A program made the translations under genes and the position numbers. From Candidatus Poseidoniales archaeon (GTDB lineage: Archaea; Thermoplasmatota; Poseidoniia; Poseidoniales; Poseidoniaceae): a stretch of DNA of 64,000 bases. Under the pieces are notes generated by a model that saw only the letters and a program-made list of their open reading frames with translations, ran no database searches and was not told the origin of the DNA. Shown here piece after piece: positions 26,052-33,259 of the stretch (position 1 is its first letter; each line of letters starts with the position of its first letter). The stretch covers positions 4,230 to 68,229 of the forward strand of contig JAYOTG010000007.1 in assembly GCA_038150305.1 (NCBI GenBank), given 5' to 3'.

Positions 26052-28580
26052 TTGAGCGGCAATCCGAAGCCAGGGGTGCAGGAACGCATCCTGCTCCATC
26101 TGAGGGACTACGTGGACTACAAGTCCAGCGTCGAGGTGCCCTTCGCGCTTTCGCAAATGGGCATCGCCAACGCCGTGGCCATCGCACGATCAAACGTCCC
26201 GCGTGCCATCGCTTCGCTGAAGGATTCAGGGCTTCTGGTTGAGCGGCAGGCGCACGTGTCCGGCGTCGCCCGAAAGCGCAAGGCGTATTTCCTCACCGAT
26301 GGGGGCATCACCACCGCCGAGGAGACGTGGCAACGCCTGCGTGAGCACCCCGTGCATTGCCTCCTCGAGGACGGCTCATCGAAGCGCAGTGAACTCGGGT
26401 CCGTCCACGAAGTGCTCCCCTTCCCGATGCGGCCGGTGGACGTCATCCGCTACATGGACGACAACGGGGTGTTGGACGTTCGCGGACTCTCGCCTGATCT
26501 GGTGGACCGCGACCTCTCCAAGCACGTGGAAAAGCAGTTGGTCACGTCGTTGGCTGACCTTCCGCGCGTCAGAAAATTCTACGGTCGCGAACGCGAACTG
26601 GATCACATCGTCAGCCTGCTTGATGCACGGGCCACCACCCTCCTCGTTCCCGGGATTGCCGGTATTGGCAAGACCACCGTGGCGGGGAAGTTGGTCGAGC
26701 GCTTCACGCATCGTCGGAACATCCTCTACCACCGTTGCCAGGATTGGGAGAGCGCCCGTGCCTGTTTGGAGTCCGTGGCCGAGTGGTTGGCGAACATGGG
26801 GGATGCCTCCTTTTCGGATTACCTTGCCGCGACCCCGGTGCCGCAGCCTTCCGACGCTGCCCGGCTGATTGCAGATGCCCTCTCAGGCACACCGTCGTTG
26901 CTGATCTTGGACGACTACCACAAGGTCTCCGACGCGGTCCTCCATCAAACCGTCCAAGCGCTGGCGCTCAACCTCATCGAAGCAGAAGATTTGGTCGGTT
27001 TGGTGCTCTTCTCCCGTTCGTTCAAGCCCGTCGTGGCCGCAAAGGACGCGGAAGGGAGGATTTCCAGTTTCGTGTTGCCGCTGGACGGGCTTGATCCCGA
27101 GGCCACGCGTCAGTTGCTCAGCAGCTTCGAGGACCTTTCGGACGAGCAGTGGCTCCACATCCACGGGCTGTCGCGAGGGCATCCATTGGTGCTTGAATTG
27201 ATCAACCGCGGGGCATCCGCGGGGGCATACCACGAGTCCCTTGAGGCCTATGTGTCGGCAGAGATTTTCTCCAAGTTGAGCGCAGAGGAAAAGCGCGTGC
27301 TCTCCGCCTTGTCCGTGTTCAGAGAATCCGTGTCGCTTGACGCGCTCGGTCAGCAGGACATCGACCTCGACGTGCTTGATTCCCTGGTCGATCAGGGCCT
27401 GGCTCGGCAGGCGGACAGCAACACGTTTGACGTGCACGACCTCATCCGTGAATTCCTTCTACGGAGCCTCGACGAGCAGCAGCGCCAGGACCTTCACCGT
27501 CGTTGCATCGCGTGGTACGCCGAGCACCACACCACTGCAGAGCAACTTGTGGAGTACATTCACCACCTCATCGCGTGCGATGAAATCGAGGATGCGGTCA
27601 ACCTGTTGACCAACGAGGGTCGTGGCTTGGTCAGCAAGGGGCACATGGAGGTCCTCACCCTGCTCGAACGCGTTCCCTTCGAGGACCTTGCAGACTCGGA
27701 TGGCGCAAGGTTGCACCAACTCTCTGGGGAAGTCTTGGCGCTCCAAGGACGGCTCGAGGATGCACATCTTGCGCTGGCCTCCGCGCTGGAGGGTGCACTC
27801 AACGCCAAGGACAGGCGTACGGCGTCAGAAGTTCGCTCCACCTTGGCGGACGTCGCCCTGAAACAAGGCCGCCCGGATGAGGCCCTTGAGCTCCACAGCG
27901 AGGCCCTCGAGGGCTTCATTGCCATGGAAGACGAGCAGGGCGCCACCCGGACCTACAACAACATGGGCTACCTTTTGCGCAGGAAAAACGACCAGAAGGG
28001 AGCACTCGAAGCGTATGCACAGGTCGAGATCATCCTCTCAACCACCTCATCTCCCGACGAATTGGTCGGCTCACGCATCAGTCTGGCTCGAGCCTTCCTC
28101 GATCTTGGTGAAGTGGACCGAGCACGTGACCACGCCATCATGGCCTTTGAGCGCACGGACGGCGGCGAGGAGCGCATGCTCCACGCTCGCGCACAGGCTG
28201 TGCTCGGTCGCTACTACGCCAAGATGAAGGACACCGAACTGGCCTTGCACCACTACTCGAGCGCCGTCGAAGCGCTTGCACAAGGCGGCGATGTCCTGGC
28301 GACCGTGGAAATCAGCATCCTTCTCGGAGAAGTGCACGAAGACGGCGGGCGCGTCGAGGAGGCCACCGAACAGTACCGCCAAGCCCTCGTCATCGCCGAA
28401 GCGAACGACCTTCGCATGCAAATCGGTGAATTGTTGTCCAAATTGGGGGGCGTGACGCCGGACAAGCAGCGGCGGATGGAATACCTCCAACGTGCGCTGA
28501 CGGTCTTCCGCGAATTGGGTGCGAAATCACGAATGCGAGACGTGCAAGCACAAGTTCACGCCGCGGTCATGAACCGTTGA
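26052..28580 (+). CDS. wHTH - STAND/AAA P-loop NTPase - TPR protein (signal-transducing ATPase, probable transcriptional regulator)
   Basis: The N-terminal roughly 95 aa look like a winged helix (ERILLHLRDY...SQMGIANAVAIARSNVPRAIASLKDSGLLVER...KRKAYFLTDGG). FYGRERELDHIVSLL is followed by Walker A GIAGIGKTT (nt 26652-26678) and Walker B SLLILDDYHKV. The C-terminal half has TPR-like repeats (TRTYNNMGYLLRRKNDQKGALEAYAQ, ARAQAVLGRYYAKMKDTELALHHYSSA, and others). A TTG start sits 9 nt after the upstream stop and is preceded by GAGGG (26041-26045). Confidence 0.75.
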   Translation: MSGNPKPGVQERILLHLRDYVDYKSSVEVPFALSQMGIANAVAIARSNVPRAIASLKDSGLLVERQAHVSGVARKRKAYFLTDGGITTAEETWQRLREHPVHCLLEDGSSKRSELGSVHEVLPFPMRPVDVIRYMDDNGVLDVRGLSPDLVDRDLSKHVEKQLVTSLADLPRVRKFYGRERELDHIVSLLDARATTLLVPGIAGIGKTTVAGKLVERFTHRRNILYHRCQDWESARACLESVAEWLANMGDASFSDYLAATPVPQPSDAARLIADALSGTPSLLILDDYHKVSDAVLHQTVQALALNLIEAEDLVGLVLFSRSFKPVVAAKDAEGRISSFVLPLDGLDPEATRQLLSSFEDLSDEQWLHIHGLSRGHPLVLELINRGASAGAYHESLEAYVSAEIFSKLSAEEKRVLSALSVFRESVSLDALGQQDIDLDVLDSLVDQGLARQADSNTFDVHDLIREFLLRSLDEQQRQDLHRRCIAWYAEHHTTAEQLVEYIHHLIACDEIEDAVNLLTNEGRGLVSKGHMEVLTLLERVPFEDLADSDGARLHQLSGEVLALQGRLEDAHLALASALEGALNAKDRRTASEVRSTLADVALKQGRPDEALELHSEALEGFIAMEDEQGATRTYNNMGYLLRRKNDQKGALEAYAQVEIILSTTSSPDELVGSRISLARAFLDLGEVDRARDHAIMAFERTDGGEERMLHARAQAVLGRYYAKMKDTELALHHYSSAVEALAQGGDVLATVEISILLGEVHEDGGRVEEATEQYRQALVIAEANDLRMQIGELLSKLGGVTPDKQRRMEYLQRALTVFRELGAKSRMRDVQAQVHAAVMNR

Positions 28581-29049
28581 GCGTGTCCAGCGGTGGGATG
28601 AGCGCGATGCGCGTGACGCCTTGGTCATAGATGACCCAGATGGCTTCGACGCCGGCAAGCACCACCTCACCTTCGTGTGTGGCGGGTCCAAGACCAGAGA
28701 GGTCCACCGCTGAATCCAGGTCACCACCGGTGTGGTCCAGGCGAAGTTCGTCTTGGCTCAGCACGAGGGTCATCGTGGTTTCATCCGCCTCGGAGGGCCG
28801 CCAATCCACCCGTTCGACGTAGCGAAGATCAGCATCCAATCGCGCTGCATCGTCGGCCCGCTCCACCGCCTCGGCGACATCGTCGAGGTTGGCTTGGATG
28901 GCTGTGGCGTTCCAACGCTCCCGTGTGGCGGTTTCAATCCCGTATGCCCAGACGCCGAACATCGAGAGGAGCACCACGCCAAGCAGGAAGGTGAAGACGT
29001 ACCCCAATTCGGTGGCCGCAGCCCCGTCGTCATGTCGGCTCTGCCTCAT
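28567..29049 (-). CDS. Small archaeal type IV pilin-like protein (class III signal peptide)
   Basis: From ATG 29049 the N-terminus is MRQSRHDDGAAATELGYVFTFLLGVVLLSMFGVWAY, a charged stretch followed by a hydrophobic helix. This start forms an ATGA overlap with the upstream stop at 29046-29048. The track start 29127 would overlap the upstream gene by 82 nt. Confidence 0.6.
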   Translation of the reverse strand: MRQSRHDDGAAATELGYVFTFLLGVVLLSMFGVWAYGIETATRERWNATAIQANLDDVAEAVERADDAARLDADLRYVERVDWRPSEADETTMTLVLSQDELRLDHTGGDLDSAVDLSGLGPATHEGEVVLAGVEAIWVIYDQGVTRIALIPPLDTLNGS

Positions 29050-31220
29050 AGGTTCACCTCGCGCATGCTGACGTCCAAATGAGCGATTTGAAGGGAGAAC
29101 TGAATCGCCTCTCCTCCGGTATGCCACACGGATTCGGTGGTGCCCATGGCGGGGTCAGGGACCCATCCGACGTAATCGGTGAGCAAATCCAGCCGACCAG
29201 GGTACACGGTCCAATCTGCGCTGCCTTCGAGCGCGTAGGAGCCGACTTCAGCGACCGCCCCACCGTAGGGGCCCGTCCAGCCACGGCGTACTTCAAAGGC
29301 CTGAGCCGAGGCCATGACGTCCCTTGATTGCAGGGTCATCGTCAGGTCCACGGCACCTGCACCCTGGGGGCTGTTGACGCTTGGGTGCATGGCGGGGATC
29401 GTGGCTGCAAACCTTGGGCCCGGTCCGCCGCGATCGGTCGGCGCCCGCAGCACAAGCGGGTCGAACTCCGGATGGTTGGTCATGACCGCGCCTCCGGCAT
29501 AGGCCACTTCCATGCCAAGGATGGAGGATTGGAAGGCGTATTGAAGGCGGGAAAGATGGACGGCATATACGCTTCCAATGGGATGGAGGTCGTCGCCTTC
29601 GACGAGGCCGTAGACACGCACCTCGAGTCCTGAGGGGTGGGCGCCACTGCGCCAAGCGGCGGATTGGTCCTGCGGTTCGAAGCCAACGGTTTGGCTCCAT
29701 GGCAGGTCAAGCCTGACCCATCCGCTCGCTTCGATTCCGACGGCAAGGCAGCGTGCTTCACCGTCGTGCAGGCCAATGGCTGCACCGTGTTCACCGACGA
29801 CCTCGGTCACGCGGATGCCGTCGCCGGTGGCGTTGATCCTGCTCTCTGCGATCGATGGGAGCGTGTGCGTGGTGTTGGCCTCGACATCGAGTGTGGTGTT
29901 GCTTGTGTCAACCAAAACGATGCTCTGCGCCCCGGACAGCGCGATGTCATGGTGCGTTGATGGGCCGTCGCGCACGTCGAAGGCAAGCCCAGACGGGCCA
30001 CCGGTATCGCTTGCGGGCAACATCCGCACCCCGTCCGCGGTCCCGTTCCCCGCCACCCACGTGGCGGCGATGCGGGCGTTGGCAGAAAGCCAGGCGGGGC
30101 CCTGCGCTCCAATGGGGGGCCAATCGACCTCCACATGACCTCCTGGGGCGACGGTCCGCCCATCGCCACGCCACGTCACGGTGGTCGAGCTTTGCCCGGG
30201 GTTGGTCAGAATCAGGCGCCCCTCAGCGTCCGGGGGAAGGAAACTGGTGCCCATCATCGGTCCACGGTGGGCGTTCAACACCACCCTGCCGTGTCCATCG
30301 AGGTGACCCATGTGGACCAGCATGTCGGCTGGGGCGCTGCTGGTCAGGTGCAGCAAGGCAGCGGAACTGAGGTTCACTTCGATGCTTGCGCCATGCGCCA
30401 CCTGGGCTTGGGCGGTGTCATCCATGATGACGCGACCCTGCTGGTCGGCCACGGTCCAATCGACCATCGCTCGATCAGCCGAGGTCATGTGCACCTGATG
30501 GACGCCGCTGGGGAGGGGCACGGTCCAAGCGCGCCCTGTGCCATCGACCGGGTCCTTATCGCTGGGCGGGACCAACACGGCACCGCCATCGCCACGGAGG
30601 TACACCACGGTCAACGCGGCCTCGGCCGTCAGGCCAGCAGGTGCGGGGTCGAGGCGCACCACGTCTCCTGCGCGCAGGGCGAGGTCTTCGCCACCATCGG
30701 CAGGACTGACCTTCACCGGGCCCAAGGTTTCCGCCACGCCAGGCGTGACGCTGAGCACCATGGATTCGGCCCACGATGGTGTGGTGTAATGGAAGGGCCG
30801 ATCTGCACCAAGCCGCAGGTCATCGAGGCAGACCGCGGTGGTTTCTGATTCAGGATGACGGACGTCAAATTCCGCATCGAAGTCAAGCAAGCCTCGCGAC
30901 CGGAGTGTGTGGGATTCGGCCCACGTGGCGGCATACCACATGCCACTCGCGGTTTCGTCCCATCGCAGTTCTCCGTCAATGGGCCGGATTTCAACGTGCG
31001 CAACATCGCCGGGCATGCCCGTCTCAGACAGGGCATCGGCCCGCTGGGCCAAGAGGCCCATTTGCGAGGCCATGTCGTTGCGTTCAATCGAGCCCTGCAT
31101 CTCCATGATGACCGGCATCATGGAGGCCATCATCATCCCGATGATGGTGACCACACCACCAAAGAGGAGCACGGTGGCCACGGTGGAGGAGACCGCCTCG
31201 TCTTCGCGCTGGAGCTTCAT
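29046..31220 (-). CDS. Large (724 aa) pilin-like protein with class III signal-peptide-like N-terminus
   Basis: N-terminus MKLQREDEAVSSTVATVLLFGGVVTIIGMMMASMMPVIM. The rest is soluble, acidic and probably beta-rich, with no other TM helix. It has ATGA overlaps with both neighbours (31217-31220 and 29046-29049). Confidence 0.65.
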   Translation of the reverse strand: MKLQREDEAVSSTVATVLLFGGVVTIIGMMMASMMPVIMEMQGSIERNDMASQMGLLAQRADALSETGMPGDVAHVEIRPIDGELRWDETASGMWYAATWAESHTLRSRGLLDFDAEFDVRHPESETTAVCLDDLRLGADRPFHYTTPSWAESMVLSVTPGVAETLGPVKVSPADGGEDLALRAGDVVRLDPAPAGLTAEAALTVVYLRGDGGAVLVPPSDKDPVDGTGRAWTVPLPSGVHQVHMTSADRAMVDWTVADQQGRVIMDDTAQAQVAHGASIEVNLSSAALLHLTSSAPADMLVHMGHLDGHGRVVLNAHRGPMMGTSFLPPDAEGRLILTNPGQSSTTVTWRGDGRTVAPGGHVEVDWPPIGAQGPAWLSANARIAATWVAGNGTADGVRMLPASDTGGPSGLAFDVRDGPSTHHDIALSGAQSIVLVDTSNTTLDVEANTTHTLPSIAESRINATGDGIRVTEVVGEHGAAIGLHDGEARCLAVGIEASGWVRLDLPWSQTVGFEPQDQSAAWRSGAHPSGLEVRVYGLVEGDDLHPIGSVYAVHLSRLQYAFQSSILGMEVAYAGGAVMTNHPEFDPLVLRAPTDRGGPGPRFAATIPAMHPSVNSPQGAGAVDLTMTLQSRDVMASAQAFEVRRGWTGPYGGAVAEVGSYALEGSADWTVYPGRLDLLTDYVGWVPDPAMGTTESVWHTGGEAIQFSLQIAHLDVSMREVNL

Positions 31221-32269
31221 CGCCTCACCTCGATTCGGGACACGTCAAGTTCGAATTGGAGTGGCGCACCTGCGGTGTCCACGGTGAATCCGTCGATGCC
31301 GGAGGCACGCTGCCAGGGACTGATGCCCACGTGCTGCTCGAGGGTTCCAGCGGCACGGTTCAGCGTGTAATCGGTCAGCCACGCGTCGTGAATCTGTGGC
31401 GTCACGATTTGATCGACGGCGTTTCGCATGGTGAACCTCAGGTTCCACACTTCCTCGGAAAAGACGGTCATGCCGCCGAGGGACACGAAGTCCAGCGGGA
31501 CACGACCTCCACCGATGCTACCGCTGGTGGTGACGTCACGCAAGGCCATGGTCAAGCGCACTTCGCCGTTCACCAGCGTGTCGAGGTGAACCAGCGGGGT
31601 TTGTTGCAGGTCCCACGTGTCGTCGCCAAACCGTTCGGCCCTGCCGTGGTTGACCATCGCGATGCGGTGATCGCCTTGGCCGAGTTCGGTGCTGACCTCA
31701 AGCCCAGAAAGCACCCACGTCACGGACCGATGAATGGGCTGTTGGTCGGCGTCGTAGACGGTGATGATCGACCAATGCTCAGAGCCCACGCTGTGTTCGA
31801 TCGGTTCCGTGGCGTTGGCCAGCCCAACATCGTGGGTTTCGGTCCCAAGCGGGGTGGTGATCGTGGCAGAGCGGGCGGTTCCGTTCTGCATGGAGACGGT
31901 GAAGGAGGACTCGTCCACACGGTCGATGACGATCGCGTCGATCGCCGTCAAATCCGCTTCAATCTTCCACGTCTCGACAAAATCCAGCGGTTGAATCTCC
32001 GTTGACTGGATGGCGAAGGTGGTACGGACGCCGACCTCTTCCGGCGATGCACCGGCCACCGCCAAACGGTCGTCCAAGCGGTCTGCAATCCCGTTGGCGC
32101 TCTTCCAGTTGACGTTGTCCTCAAAATCGGTCAGGTACGGCTGCAGGAAGGCAATCACGCCCGCCATGATGGTCATCACCATCGCCAGAAGCATGATGAC
32201 GCCGAGGACTTCGCTCACGGCGTCATCGTCTCGGAAGGGACGGTCCGCGCGTTGCCTGCGGCCGTCCAT
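31217..32269 (-). CDS. Archaeal type IV pilin-like protein (DUF1628-type N-terminus)
   Basis: N-terminal RPFRDDDAVSEVLGVIMLLAMVMTIMAGVIAFL (nt about 32147-32233) matches the archaeal pilin/flagellin-like N-terminal pattern (x-A-V-S-x-V-I/L-G-V-I-L-L-hydrophobic). Confidence 0.7.
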   Translation of the reverse strand: MDGRRQRADRPFRDDDAVSEVLGVIMLLAMVMTIMAGVIAFLQPYLTDFEDNVNWKSANGIADRLDDRLAVAGASPEEVGVRTTFAIQSTEIQPLDFVETWKIEADLTAIDAIVIDRVDESSFTVSMQNGTARSATITTPLGTETHDVGLANATEPIEHSVGSEHWSIITVYDADQQPIHRSVTWVLSGLEVSTELGQGDHRIAMVNHGRAERFGDDTWDLQQTPLVHLDTLVNGEVRLTMALRDVTTSGSIGGGRVPLDFVSLGGMTVFSEEVWNLRFTMRNAVDQIVTPQIHDAWLTDYTLNRAAGTLEQHVGISPWQRASGIDGFTVDTAGAPLQFELDVSRIEVRR

Positions 32270-32292
32270 GGGGCGAGGACCGCTGCATCCGT

Positions 32293-33129
32293 CTATGAGC
32301 CTTCACGTTGCACGCGGGCGGCGAGGGGCCCTTCTGTCGCCGAGCCAACCGAAGCCGCTTCGCCGAGGAAGATGCTGAATTCGGGTCCATCTTGCATCGA
32401 CAAGCGGATGTCACCTTGGAAGCGGTCGTCGAGGTAGTACAACACCGTCGATTCCGCCAAATGCGGTTTGTTGTTCATGTCCGACAAGTGGGTGAGGGTG
32501 ATGGACGACGTGGCCTCGGTCACCACCTCGGCGAGGAATTCTCCGGTCTGGTCGTTGGACAGGTGACCGCCTCGTCCGCTGATGCGCTCCTTCAGCGAAC
32601 GTGGGTACGGGCCTTGCTGAAGCAAACGATCGTCGTAGTTTGCTTCCACCGAAATGTGCTCGCATCCCCGGACGTACCGCACCAATTCGTCCGTCCATGA
32701 GCCAAGATCGGTGATGAAGGCGGCGCGTTGACCTTGATGGCTGGCGATGAAGGCCACGTTGTCTGCGCCGCTGTGAGGCACCGGGACCGGCAGCACGGCC
32801 AAATCCGGGCCGAGTTGGATGGTTTCGAGGGAGACGAAGGGGTGCCAGAGGTCTTCGAGGAGCCCCAACTCCTCTGCGGTCCGGGCGTTGGCGTGCACGC
32901 GAAGGCCCCAGCGGCGTTGTGCGATGAGCGCGCCGCCACCATGGTCACCATGATGGTGCGTCACCAAAATCGCGTCCAGGTCCTTTGGGTGCAACTCAAG
33001 CAAGTTCAGTCGCCGTTCCAGTGAGGCGCCGCTGAATCCTTGGTCCACGAGCACACGCACGTGTTCGGTTTCGAGCAAGGTGGCGTTGCCCTTGCTTCCC
33101 GAACCAAGGTGCGTGATGCGCAGGCTCAT
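32293..33129 (-). CDS. Metallo-beta-lactamase-fold hydrolase (YycJ/VicX-like)
   Basis: It has LGSGSKGN, the HxHxDH motif as THHHGDHGGG, and GGHLSN near the C-terminus. It lies 23 nt upstream of the pilin-like operon on the same strand. Confidence 0.8.
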   Translation of the reverse strand: MSLRITHLGSGSKGNATLLETEHVRVLVDQGFSGASLERRLNLLELHPKDLDAILVTHHHGDHGGGALIAQRRWGLRVHANARTAEELGLLEDLWHPFVSLETIQLGPDLAVLPVPVPHSGADNVAFIASHQGQRAAFITDLGSWTDELVRYVRGCEHISVEANYDDRLLQQGPYPRSLKERISGRGGHLSNDQTGEFLAEVVTEATSSITLTHLSDMNNKPHLAESTVLYYLDDRFQGDIRLSMQDGPEFSIFLGEAASVGSATEGPLAARVQREGS

Positions 33130-33259
33130 GCCTTACGTCCGCCGTCGGCGAGCGTCAATGAACCTCGCGGTCCAGCCATCGTCGGAACACCGCTCCACCA
33201 CCCTCTTAAGCGTCGCAGAGGGCAAAGAACACGTCGAGGGGCTCGACGGAGGGTGTTTC

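Noticed and set aside
26052-28580. STAND NTPase as an Avs-like antiviral defence protein
   Set aside because: No nuclease, protease, TIR, Sir2 or other effector domain is visible. The only non-sensor module is wHTH-like, and the neighbours are surface genes rather than defence genes. I kept it as a regulator hypothesis in the findings.
33080-33259. Upstream extensions of track ORFs (33080, 38913, 52845, 53390, 61764, 9334, 49617, 47545, 20187, 29127, 2998)
   Set aside because: The extensions are Arg-rich, overlap neighbouring genes, and precede in-frame ATGs. Those ATGs yield proper signal peptides or place conserved N-terminal motifs at the start. I chose the downstream starts and say so in each feature.
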